Assembly: GCA_951406725.2 (NCBI GenBank)
Contig: OX597829.1
Span: 35,898,001 to 35,962,000 of the forward strand
Direction of reading: 5' to 3'
DNA from: Octopus vulgaris
Lineage: Eukaryota
DNA: 64,000 bases
Of the stretch, positions 52,261-64,000 are shown piece after piece. Within the stretch, counting starts at the first letter, position 1. Each line of letters starts with the position of its first letter. The position numbers and the translations under genes are program-made. The notes beneath the pieces are model-generated. The model was not told the origin of the DNA, ran no database searches, and worked only from the letters and a program-made list of their open reading frames with translations.

Positions 52261-52364
52261 TATATATGCATATATTGTTTATTTTATTATTTGATTGAAC
52301 ACCACGCATCTATTTCCAAGTAAACATATGTGTGCGCGTGTGTTTGTGTGTGTGTGTATGTTTG

Positions 52365-52575
52365 CATGTCTGTGTTTATCGCCCTAACATCACCTGACAA
52401 CCGATGCAGGTGTGTTTATGTCGCCGTAACTTAGCGAGACGGCAAGAGTGCCCGATACAATAAGTACTAGGCTTACAAAGAATAAGTCCTGGGGTTGATT
52501 TGCTCGTCTAAAGGCGGTGTTCCAGCATGGCTGCAGTCACATAACTGAAACAAGTAACAGAAAATAATAAAAGAA
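52365..52575 (+). mobile_element. OR-like SINE 3' half
   Basis: gacaaccgatgcaggtgtg...aaggcggtgttccagcatgg. Confidence 0.85.
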
Positions 52576-52594
52576 TATGAATGTACGTGTTATA

Positions 52595-52630
<36 letters not shown>

Positions 52631-52740
52631 TGTATGTATGTATGTATGTATGTATGTATGTATGTATGTGTGCATGTACACACACACACAAACATATATA
52701 GATAGATAAAGAGATAGATAGATAGATATTCATATATATC

Positions 52741-52970
52741 TCTTTTACTTTTATTCTCTTTTATTTGTTTCAGTCATTTGACTGTGGCCATGCTGGAGCA
52801 CCGCCTTTAGTCGAGCAAATCGACCCCGGGACTTATTCTTTGTAAGCCCAGTACTTATTATATCGGTCTCTTTTGCCGAACCGCTAAGTGACGGGGACGT
52901 AAACACACCAGCATCAGTTGTCAAGCAATGCTAGGGGGACAAATACAGACACACAAACACACACACACAC

Positions 52971-53023
<53 letters not shown>

Positions 53024-53183
53024 TACGACAGGCTTCTTTCAGTTTCCGTCTACCAAATCCACTCACCAAGGCATTGGTCAGCCCGGGGCTATAGCAGAAG
53101 ACACTCGCCCAAGATGCCACGCAGTGGGACTGAACCCGGAACCATGTGGTTGGTAAGCAAGCTACTTACCACACAGCCACTCC
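52741..53183 (-). mobile_element. OR-like SINE, full length with internal (TA/CA)n
   Basis: Reverse complement GGAGTGGCTGTGTGGTAAG...GGTTCAGTCCC (A/B boxes) through tail gactgaaacaaataaaagag. Confidence 0.92.
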
Positions 53184-53384
53184 ATATATATGTATGTATA
53201 TCTATTTATGTATATAAACATATATATATGTGTGTCTATATAAATATATATATGTATAAGAACACGTACGTACGCGCGTGCAAGCGGACAAAACACAGAT
53301 TACACATTTTCGATAGTCTAAACTAGTTTTTGAATACAGCCACGACTTCGACATGCTTCAGTTTATTTATACTCAAAATTGTTT

Positions 53385-53590
53385 CTCGGTTAGTCACAAG
53401 GCCTCTGCAATTTGGGGAGAAAAGTTAGTCAGTCCTATGGAAATCATCCAGCACTTGACTGCTACTTTATGGACTTGGAAAGAATGAAGTTAAGGTTATG
53501 GATTGGTACACGGGACGTAAACCGCCGGATTAAATACACTATGAGATATTTTCCGATGCTGTAAGGATTCCGGCAATCCACACTCCTAAC
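53385..53590 (-). mobile_element. Highly diverged OK-like SINE
   Basis: cacaaggcctctgcaatttgggg...aagaatgaag. Confidence 0.5.
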
Positions 53591-54015
53591 CATAATAAAT
53601 TTTAAAAAAAATAATAATAATTGTTCCAATTTTCGTTGTTGTTTCTAACATACGTACGGGACTTGCTAACACTTCTGAGGCTAATAATTTATCTGTTAAA
53701 GAATCATCAGAAAGGCACTCACACACTCACACATAGAAAAAGAAGAAAAAAATACTGAGGAGGAAATAAAATCTATGAATACATGACTGATGCAGTCTTC
53801 GTCATACAGGAGAGCACCCAGTTGAAATATAGATCTATACATTTACACCTATAAAAATACAAAAACGTATACGCATTCCCATACATATATGTGTGTGTAT
53901 GGGTGCGCGCGTACGTGTGTGTATGTGTGAGTGTATACATATATGTATGTATCTATGTATATATTTTCATCTATTTGCCTTTAAGTATATATGTGCGTAT
54001 CATTATGTATGTGTG

Positions 54016-54140
<125 letters not shown>

Positions 54141-54168
54141 TTATATATATATATATATATATACATGC

Positions 54169-54212
<44 letters not shown>

Positions 54213-54219
54213 AGGAGGA

Positions 54220-54321
54220 GGAGTGGGTATGTGGTGAGTAGCTTGCTTACCAGCCACACGGTTCTGGGTTTAGTCCCACTACTTGACACTTCGGGTAAGT
54301 GTCTCCTACTATAGCCTCGGG

Positions 54322-54322
<1 letters not shown>
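54220..54322 (+). mobile_element. OR-like SINE 5' part
   Basis: gtggtgagtagcttgcttaccagccacacgg...tatagcctcggg. Confidence 0.85.
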
Positions 54323-54374
<52 letters not shown>

Positions 54375-54377
54375 TAT

Positions 54378-54415
<38 letters not shown>

Positions 54416-54669
54416 CATGCAAGTATGTTTACATGTATGTACTAGACTGGCAGAAATAACTTTCTTCCGGGAGGTTGAGTATTGTCAGTAGATATCTTAT
54501 TTCTATTTAACTAACTACTTTGTTTTTTCATGTCTCTCCGTTTTAGATAATTAATAGTTTTAAAATTGATGTCTGTTTTTCAATTTTACTGAGACTTCGC
54601 ATTAATTCATTTTGCATGGATACATTATTCTCCGTATGATTGAGAAGTGCGTATATGTACGTATGTATG

Positions 54670-54728
<59 letters not shown>

Positions 54729-54744
54729 GTATGTATTTTTTTTT

Positions 54745-54957
54745 GTACTTGTTTCAGTCATTTGACTGTGGCCATGCTGGAGCACCGCCTTTAGAGTGGT
54801 GAAAGAGTACATCAGGGATCACCACCTCCTGCCGGAGCCTCGTGGAGCTTTTAGGTGTTTTCGCTCAATAAACACACACAACGCCCGGTCTGAGAATCGA
54901 AACCACGATCCTCCGACTGCAAGTCCGCTGCCCTAACCACTAGGCCATTGCGCCTCC
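54745..54957 (-). mobile_element. Chimeric SINE: third-family head joined to an OR-type 3' tail
   Basis: Reverse complement ...gtactctttcaccact|ctaaaggcggtgctccagcatggcc. Confidence 0.85.
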
Positions 54958-55214
54958 ACGTATGTATGTATGTATGTATGTATGTATGTATGTATGTATG
55001 TATGTATGTATGTATGTATATGTGTGTGTTGTGTGTGTGTGTGTGATAGATAGATATACGTATATGTAAGTCAGTCCACGTCGGTACGTCATCAGAATCA
55101 ATATTGGAAAAAAAATCGACCCATGGGTAGTGTTTCAGCATGGCCACGTATCAACCTGAAACGAACTGCGTGTGTGTGTGTGGGGGGGGTAGTTCTATGC
55201 GTATGTTTGCATAA

Positions 55215-55293
<79 letters not shown>

Positions 55294-55664
55294 GACAGAG
55301 AAAGAGACAGAGACAGACAGAGAGACAGACAGACAGATAGGCAGATAGAAAGACAGATGTAAATGTGTCTGTGTGTGTATACATTTACATGTTTCTGAAC
55401 ATGTGTTGCAAGATTCATGATGGGAAACCTTGCATTGAAACAGATATTGCATTTCCGAATGGTCATTTTTTTTTTACCTTTTTGCCAAGTAAACACACAC
55501 ACTATATATTTGTTCTTCATACCTTTACCACTGCTCTTATTTTATCTTCTGTCCATTTTGCAGTAACATTTCGACAAACTTATGTGCCCTCTTCAGCAAA
55601 CTATTCCATCCACGTGTATCTTCCTGCTCCGCTTAGTACATTCTGTCCTTCTATGATGTGTGTG

Positions 55665-55744
<80 letters not shown>

Positions 55745-55747
<3 letters not shown>

Positions 55748-57227
55748 AAACAAGTAAAAAATAGAAAATGCTAAAATAATTTTATAGTGAACATTTCAGT
55801 ACCGGTTTCGGTCATTTTGAGACCTTTTCAACTGTAACGATTAAATAATTAAATTTAGAAAAATTAGAAGAAAAGTTTTTTAAAACAATATTTCTATAGT
55901 AGTGTTCAGATTTAAGTGGCATTCTGCCTTTCTCTGACTCCCTTGTTTGCACTTGTGTGTTCGAGGTAGTTGTGAGTTCTTGGTAGGGTAGTAGAGGGAA
56001 GGCTGGTGAGGAAAGGGGGTGGGAGAATCTGGGAGTGCCCTGATGGTCGTATTTTGAATGGTCAGTGGCGGCTGGCAGTCTCAGTTCAATTCAGGAGAAT
56101 ATTTATATCGACAGGCTTGTTTATAGAATTAGCGTAGGTGTTATACTAAAAAACATTAGTGACAAACTTAAGGGGTAGGGGGTGGAGAAGAAGAAGAAGA
56201 AGAAGGAGAAGGAGAAGGAGAAGATGATGGTGATGGTGGTGATGATTATGACGACGATGATGATGATAACGATGATGATGAAGAAGAAGAAGAAGAAGAA
56301 GGAGGAGAAGGAGAAGATGGTGGTGATGATGGTGGCGATGATGATGACGCCGATGATGATGATAACGATGATGATGAAGAAGAAGAAGAAGAAGAAAAAA
56401 ACAGAGAAGGGAGAATATGAATGGGTGTAAATATAGCTATGAAGGGGCTGATTAGTAATGGATTCTATGGAGTGTAGTATTTGTGTGTGTATATATATTT
56501 TTTTCTTTTATTCTAAAGTTGAGGTATATTAATTGTTTGTCGTAGACCCGTTAAGAAGTGGCTTGTATTTTGTAATAAAGAGATTTTCTTTACTTATTCT
56601 TTGTCTCGAGGTTGTATCGTCCCTAAATTGGTAGAGGGGGAAAATTCTGAAGTTTGGTGTTTTTTTGTTGGCGCAAGTATCTATGTGTTGGCTAAAAGCT
56701 ATTTTTCTGTTTTGGGAATTTTTATCTGGGATCTGTGCAGGGCCATTCGTTTACGCAAACCATTTTTTGTTTGGCCTATGTACTGCTCTTGACATCCGGA
56801 GCAGGTTAGTGAGTATATTAGGTTCTCCGAAGCACATGTGAAGTTGCTTTTCACTGTAAACCGTTGTCCCTGTTTGAAGGAGAACTCAGAACCCTCGATT
56901 AGATAGTCGCATATCCTGCAATTGGGTCTTCCACATTTTTTTACTGTCGGCTTCTGTGTTGAAGAGTGAATTCGGGCTTGTGTAAGGAGACTTTTCATGG
57001 ATCTAGGCTGTCTTTTGCTTTTTATGATCGTGTGTGTTTGGAGGATTGTGTTCATTCTGTGGTCTTTTTTTAGGAGGGGTATGTTGTGGAGGATGGTGTC
57101 GAAGGCTTCGTTATTGAGAGGGTTGTGTGTGGAGATGTATGGTAAGGCTTTTGGTTGTAAGTTTTTCTTTGATTTGGGATGTCTCAGTTCCTTGATGTTA
57201 AGTTGAAGGGCACGTTGAATGCACTTG

Positions 57228-57230
<3 letters not shown>
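55745..57230 (-). mobile_element. Penelope-like element (second family), 5'-truncated, between (TA)n tracts
   Basis: LPYISTHNP, KKCGRPNCRIC, NLIYSLTCSGCQEQYIGQT (GIY-YIG), KYKPLLN. Confidence 0.93.
55797..55834 (-). ncRNA. Minimal type I hammerhead motif (core UUGAAAA, U3-A8 covariant)
   Basis: CAG-UUGAAAA-GGUC-ucaaaau-GACC-GAAA-CCGG-UA-CUG; palindrome ACCGGU; lies at the PLE 3' end. Confidence 0.8.
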
Positions 57231-57291
<61 letters not shown>

Positions 57292-57309
57292 TATAGTATA
57301 GTATATACT

Positions 57310-57505
57310 GCAAATATAATTATGAGCTCTCAATTTATCGTGAGTGTAGAATATAGTCTAATGATAGGATATATAAAACCCCGATGGAAGGAAATGAACG
57401 TTAGTATGCATAATAAGGGCATTTTTTTCGCCAGGGGTTTATATGCCCTAATGTTAGGCTATTTTCAAAAGTTAAGATAAGGTGAAAACTAATAATTATA
57501 TTTAG
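57310..57505. mobile_element. Degenerate fold-back element related to 6990-7258
   Basis: aatatagtctaatgataggatatataaaacccc / ggggtttatatgccctaatgttaggctatt. Confidence 0.55.
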
Positions 57506-57540
57506 AATATTCCCACGTGTCACCGTCTCTTACCTTACAC

Positions 57541-57600
<60 letters not shown>

Positions 57601-57647
57601 GTATGTATATATGTATATATATATATATGTATATATATGTGTATATA

Positions 57648-57691
<44 letters not shown>

Positions 57692-57771
57692 TACTTACAT
57701 ACATATTATGTGTGTATATATACACACATATATGTATATATGTGATTGTATATACATGTATATACATGTAT

Positions 57772-57829
<58 letters not shown>

Positions 57830-57837
57830 TTGTAAGT

Positions 57838-58030
57838 CGGTGTTTGTCCCATCAACATCGCTTCACAACCGATGCTGGTGTGTTTACCTCCCTGTAGTCT
57901 AGCGGTTCGACCTGAGAGACCGATGGAATAAATACTCGGCTTACAAAGAATAAGCCTTGTGGTCGATTTTCTCGACTAAAGGCGGTGCTCTAGCATGGCC
58001 GCAGTCAAATGACTAAAGCAAATAAAAGAC
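57838..58030 (+). mobile_element. OR-like SINE 3' half
   Basis: caaccgatgctggtgtgtttac...ctaaaggcggtgctctagcatggcc. Confidence 0.85.
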
Positions 58031-58256
58031 TATATTTGTGTGCGTGCGCGGGGGTTTGAGAATGTACTTTAATAGTCAAAGAATAGAAATTCTACGAATA
58101 CTAAGGAATTCCTGTTGTAGCTTTATTTCCACTGTATGATGACATCATGTGGCCAATAAAGTTGAACGTGCTTTGCATATCCCTCTGCAATGTTATTACC
58201 TTAATCTTACTTAACTATATGTATTGATACATACATATGCATATCTATATCTATTG

Positions 58257-58338
<82 letters not shown>

Positions 58339-58356
58339 TACAAATAGTGGTAAGTA

Positions 58357-58424
58357 TCCCCGGTAGTATAGTGATATTCCTGCCTGTCACGCAGAAGACC
58401 CGAATTCGATTCCCCGCCGGGGAA
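58357..58424 (+). pseudogene. tRNA-Asp(GTC) pseudogene
   Basis: Acceptor stem TCCCCGG/CCGGGGA, anticodon loop CTGTCAC, TTCGATT loop; D-loop deleted and T-stem mismatched. Confidence 0.85.
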
Positions 58425-58489
58425 GCTTTGTTATTGCTGAGCGGTGCCCCAGTATGGCCACAGCCACAGGGTTGAAACACATAAGAGTA

Positions 58490-58596
<107 letters not shown>

Positions 58597-59492
58597 CAAA
58601 ACAGGAAGTTGGAAAGTTATGCGCATGATCATTGAGTATGAGTGCCTATGAACCAGTCACATTTTGAGCACTTCTTGACACTTATTTAGTTGTCCAACAG
58701 AGATTTGCATCGAACGGTTAAAAATAAGCCCAAGTAAACAACGCTTTTACGAACACTAGTGAAAGTCATCAGCAATATTTATTCTTTTCATTTCAGTGTT
58801 GCGGCTGCAAACAGTCTTGTGTAAGTAACGGACGAGAAAGAAATATTGAGCTATATTTTGTTTATTGAATATTGCTGTATACGTAGAAATATAGAGTACC
58901 GAGCTAGTTTTTTTGAGTGGAGCCAATACGTTCCATTTACAAATAATTTATACAACTTGACTTCAAATGAATCCAAAACTCTTAATTTTCTTATTCTGAC
59001 CTGTTTCTTCAGCCATCTGACACACTGGTGGTGTTGGAACATAGTTAGTTGTTATGTTGGATGCTGAGCAAATGAACAGATTCAGCCCTGGTACACATGT
59101 ATATATGTCTGTGTGTATTCTTATAGCTGTATGAGTATATATATGTATGTATATACGTATATATGTCATATATGTGTGCGAGTTATATGTGCATATCTAT
59201 CGACCTAATTTTAGCTTCTTTATGCATTTATTGAAATATTTTCACGGGCAAACTATTTAAAAAGATACACAGTATTAATGGTAAATATTTTGATAATGTA
59301 TTTCAGCACAATCCAGACAATTATAATTATCATTTTAGTTGGCCAATATAAATGTAATTCTCATAATTTGAAGTCATGTTTGATAAGTGCAAATGCACGG
59401 AAATTTCATCACCTGAGTCATGCTGTAATGTTCACCATTTAACAAAAAATGCATACATACATACCTAAACACTCAGACACACACACACACAC

Positions 59493-59531
<39 letters not shown>

Positions 59532-59550
59532 GATACACAGAGACACACAA

Positions 59551-59612
<62 letters not shown>

Positions 59613-59729
59613 CATATATATGTATATATGCATCATATATATATATGTGTATTTATAAATACACACACACACATATATATATGTATATATATATATATAT
59701 ATATAAATGCATACATTCATATACACAAA

Positions 59730-60525
59730 CGAGGTCTGATTAATAAATATCAAGACTGTTACCATAATAACGAAGCTAATGCACGCAGAGTCAAGCGGCT
59801 TAGCACTGATTGACCTTAACCTCTGCTGTGCATGCGTACTAAGTTTTAACATTCTATCTCACTTCCGCTGTTTACAGCAGTGCTCTGAAGGAACGTGTGT
59901 TGCGTGTGATCGTGTCAATAACAATGACAGAGAAAGCTATCATGGCGATTCCTGCTCAGAGGCCTACGCAAAGTAGCAGCAAGTGTATGGAGAGAAGAGT
60001 ATGAACCACATACATGTGTGTGAGTGGTTCACACGTTTCCAAAATGGCCGATAAAAATTTAGATATTGACGCGAATTTCTGGGATACCTACAACCAGTAT
60101 AACTTAGTTACATTTCAGTTCAGTGCATTATCAATGAAGATTTGGGTATGAGACACGTGTCTGCTTAGTTTGTGCCAAAACTGCTTTCAGCTGACCATCA
60201 GGACACTCGGGTTTTAGTTGCACAAGATCTTGATTGTGTCGAGAACGATGAAAACTTTGCATAGGCTTCTAAGCAGGTATTGCCAAGCTTTTAGCAAAAT
60301 TTGATGCAAATTCTCTGCTCAACTTCCGATGTCATAGCCAATGCCACGGCCACACGATACACACTTTCTTCCAAACACTGCTGTACACAGCGGAAGTGGA
60401 CTAGTACGTTAAAACTTCTTGCGCACGCACAGCAGACTTGACGGTCAATCTGTGACAAGCGGCTTCACTCTGCATGCTTTATCTTCGTTACTATAGCAAC
60501 AGTCCGGATACTTATTGATGAGAAC
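59730..60525 (+). mobile_element. Second copy of the non-autonomous mariner at 15072-15965
   Basis: Same termini and the same inverted-arm structure. Confidence 0.88.
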
Positions 60526-60533
60526 AAGTTGCT

Positions 60534-60695
60534 GAGACCCCCTTCGGTCATGACTGACCATGGGATTGCACCTAGAAACTTACCCTCCCAGGCACAAGTC
60601 CGGGCTAGGTTGTTTATGGAAGACCAGCAGTCACCCATGCATACCGGCCTCCCCTCTCCATGCAACCAGTGTTATCCAAGGGAAAGGCTGAGACC
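60534..60695 (-). mobile_element. 3' fragment of the SINE family at 61917
   Basis: Reverse-complement match to 62095-62235. Confidence 0.85.
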
Positions 60696-61204
60696 ACGTA
60701 TGCATATATATATGTGTGTGTGTGTGTGTGTATGCATACATACTTGCATACATACATACATACATACATACATACATACATACATACATACATACATACA
60801 TACATAAGCAACAAGATATCAAGTAATGATGCAGTACGACCGTTTCAAGCGACTACACTTAATTGAACAAAGCAATCATTACATCAATTTTAATGCAGTG
60901 CCTTCTTCATCTGCACAAATAAATAAATGGGATGTTGACGAGTAGGACACATTAATATAAGTTTTTTTTTAATATATTTTAACAGAGCAAGAAGATGGAA
61001 GAAATTCATGTTGTCACTGTTGTAGCTAAGAACAGACTACAACTTCTAAGAATCGCATGGAGCATAATGGGATCATAGAAGGGTTGTAATTCATTTCTAA
61101 ATCATTTGTCTCTATATCAACTACTAAATCTGAGACTAGAAGACTGTGTCTGTATTGTATAAAAGACAAGAATGAGTTAACCTTCATAGCCGCATGCACA
61201 TCTG

Positions 61205-61352
61205 AGATGCTTTTTCAGAGTTCTGCTGGTTGCGGGTTTCCTAAAGCTTTCGAAATTCTTTTGGTTATCGTGGAAACGTTTAAACCATTCGTACTCTTGT
61301 GTGAGGCTCATACTCTCCTCTCTATACACTTTCTGCTACTTTGCCTAGGCTT
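61205..61352 (-). mobile_element. Mariner fragment (same family as 15072)
   Basis: catactctcctctctatacactttctgc is the reverse complement of 15314-15341. Confidence 0.75.
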
Positions 61353-61916
61353 GGGAAAAAACTATTTTTCATCTTTTAGACTTAAACATAAAAGTTAATA
61401 GTACGTCCTTATCTAGCAAGATTTGGGAATTGAAAGATAGCGGGACCGGATTTAGTCTTAAATGGGATATAAGAAAGAGAGCGCAGCCTTATAGAAATAG
61501 TCGATATTGGTATGAGCTGTGCTCTATGGAAACTTATGAGATTTTTAAGTATAGGGACAAGAACAGCCTGATTGATAATAGACTAGACCTAAGGGTATCA
61601 TGCATAGTGTCATCCATACGTTTAAGTATTTTCGAAACTAACAATTGTAGTTACCATACTTGAACTTAGATGGTGGAAATTAATTTTGGTGTCATATCCC
61701 TTGTAAACTTACCCTCCAGTATTAAATATAAAAAAAATCATGTGATACTATATTAAATGGTGAATTATAATGCATTACATACGTTATATGCTGTGTTGTG
61801 GTATGTGGTGGGCTATATATAATGTTATCCCATGAAAACCCCTGCCTAGTTAGTCTGACTTCATCCTATTTTGGTGATTACACTATTTTCCTTTTTATGA
61901 TTTCTGCTCTACTGAA

Positions 61917-62235
61917 GGTGCATGGCTCAGTGGTTAGAGCGTCGAGCTTACGATCATGCGGTTGTGAGCTCGAATCCCGGACCGGGCTGCGTGTTGTGTT
62001 CTTGAGCAAAACACTTTATTTCACGTTGCTCCAGTTCACTCAGCTGTAGAAATGAGTTGCGACGTCACAGGTGCCAAGCTGTATCGACCTTTGTCTTTCC
62101 CTTGGATAACACTGGTGGCTAAAAGAAGGGAGGCCGGTATGCATGGGTGACTGCTGGTTTTCCATAAACAACCTTGCCCGGACTTGTGCCTGGGAGGGTA
62201 ACTTTCTAGGTGCAATCATGACCGAAGGGGGTTTC
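61917..62235 (+). mobile_element. tRNA-derived CORE-type SINE, fourth family
   Basis: TGGCTCAGTGGTTAGAGC (A box), GCTCGAATCCC (B box), tgtgttcttgagcaaaacactt...ctcagctgtagaaatgag (CORE-like). Confidence 0.85.
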
Positions 62236-62674
62236 AGCCCTCTACTGATCATATTATGTACATTTGTAGTGACTTTACGTAAGTCTCCTTTTGACTAAAT
62301 CATATACCCACTAGAAACTATAAAATCATACATACAATAACACCTGTAACATTACACCTTATAAAATCTCTTCGATCCGAATAATTTTAACTGCCCTCAC
62401 TACTTTCATACCTATTACCCTCTCTTTTCGGGTTACCTTTATCTTTTCCTTGCCTCAAATTTTAATCCTATCTCTTTATATGCAGGTCATATGTATTTCT
62501 TATTATTTTCTATAAATTCTTATTTTGTTTTCTTATTTTGACATCCTTACTTATTAACCTCTTATCCCTTATAAGTTATTTTTCTTGTTCTTAGGGCTCT
62601 GCGAGATATCTATACTATATCCGTATAAACGTATAAATATTTTGTGTTTGTGTATATATGCATATATGTACATT

Positions 62675-62721
<47 letters not shown>

Positions 62722-63859
62722 ATTTGTATGCATTTTTACACTCTTCTGATTCATAGCTTAAAATTAATAGATAGCATGTAAATCTTTCCAGTTATTCTAT
62801 ATGTAAATGTCTTAAGCAGTCTTTATAGAAATCACCTAATAAGTAATTAAAACAGTACATGAATGAATATTAAACTGATTCAATGTAATCTTCCTTTTGA
62901 ATGTTTATAATTGATATATACATACCTTTTACCTATATTGGTTATAATATCATTTTTGAAATTCTTAAATTTTATTTTATATACCATAACAGTATTGCTT
63001 ATCACCCATAGTGCCCCTAAATAAAATTTCCTCTGTATTAACATCTTAGGTTTCTTAACGTCTTGTCCCTTTAAAGGGTAATTAATATCATGATTTAAAG
63101 TCTACTCCTAGCCTGCCTCTTTTATAGACACTTACTTATATGCGACTGACTACGCCTTATTTCTTCCCTGGATGTATATGGAAAAGGGATGCATATGATA
63201 ATATTTATGACCATACCTAACCATGAGCTGTCAATCCACTCTTGTCCTTTATTCAAAATAGACTCAGTTTTCTAGTCTTAGGTTTATTAGTTGACAAAGA
63301 GACAAGTAAATTAGAAATCAATTACATTTACAACCCTATGACCCACTATGCATCATGCGATTCTTAGAAGTTGTAGTCTTTTTTTAGCTACAATAGTGAC
63401 AACATGAATTTCTTCCATTTTCTTGCTCTGTTAAAATATATAAGAAAAAATATCCCTACTTGATATCCTGCTGCTTATTTTGATTTTATTCACCTTACTT
63501 CGAGCTGTGCGAATAAAATACAGGGCTGAGATGGTGCTTCAATTTAAGATGCACTTGAAGAAGAAACAGCTGTAATTTTACCCTCCCTACATCATATATA
63601 TATACACACACTCTATTAATAAAGCTGTAAAGACATCGTAAAAATTGTTACTCAGAGTTTCATGTACCCCTTCGTCGGAAAGTTTTGGTCCTACGAAAAC
63701 TGTGATCCAAAATTACGATGAACAGGAACGTGAAACTCTGAGTAACAGTTTTTGTGATGTCTTTGCTGCTTTATTAATAGAGCATATTACTCTACCTCCA
63801 GTATTCGAGTATTGTTTTTTCCAACTTGTTTCACATTTGTGTTAACACTGGTGTATATA

Positions 63860-64000
63860 CAGGCTGATTCAAAAGTCCCCATACATAGGAAAAATTGATA
63901 TTTTTATAAGAAACAGTTTATAAGATCCCCTAGATCCCCTGATCTGAGCCCTCTTAATTTCTGTCTTTGGGGACATTTGAAAGGCATGGGGTATCGCGGA
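63860..64000 (+). mobile_element. Internally deleted Tc1/mariner-superfamily element, cut by the window edge
   Basis: TA|CAGGCTGATTCAAAAG terminus, then PRSPDLSPLNFCLWGHLK. Confidence 0.75.

Larger units (their letters stand above)
60804..63478. repeat. Long inverted repeat pair (about 60960-61197 and 63222-63450, outer extensions at 60804 and 63478)
   Basis: aacagagcaagaagatggaagaaattcatgttgtcac... versus ...gtgacaacatgaatttcttccattttcttgctctgtt. Confidence 0.9.

Overview
AT-rich eukaryotic DNA, almost certainly from a coleoid cephalopod (Octopus-like), judged from the SINE families and the density of (TA)n, (TACA)n and (TAA)n microsatellites. No host protein-coding exon can be supported, and most ORF-track entries are microsatellite artefacts. 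The window is packed with decayed mobile elements: Penelope-like elements (PLEs) with GIY-YIG domains, two R4/Dong LINEs, Tx1/L1-like LINEs, an RTE remnant, mariner/Tc1 elements, a FLYWCH-MULE with a 9-bp TSD, a Helitron Rep pseudogene, a non-autonomous Helitron, four tRNA-derived SINE families, fold-back elements and a tRNA-Asp pseudogene. The most interesting layer is RNA structure. A ~360-bp tandem and inverted array at 16.5-17.6 kb carries one type I hammerhead-ribozyme fold per unit, which is the architecture of a non-LTR retrozyme. Four further minimal hammerheads sit at PLE termini, and one possible type II-topology hammerhead lies at 52.0 kb. None has the canonical CUGANGA core: the observed cores are CCGAGGA, UCGACAA, UUGAAAA and CUGUUGA. 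All folds were read by eye and none is experimentally tested.
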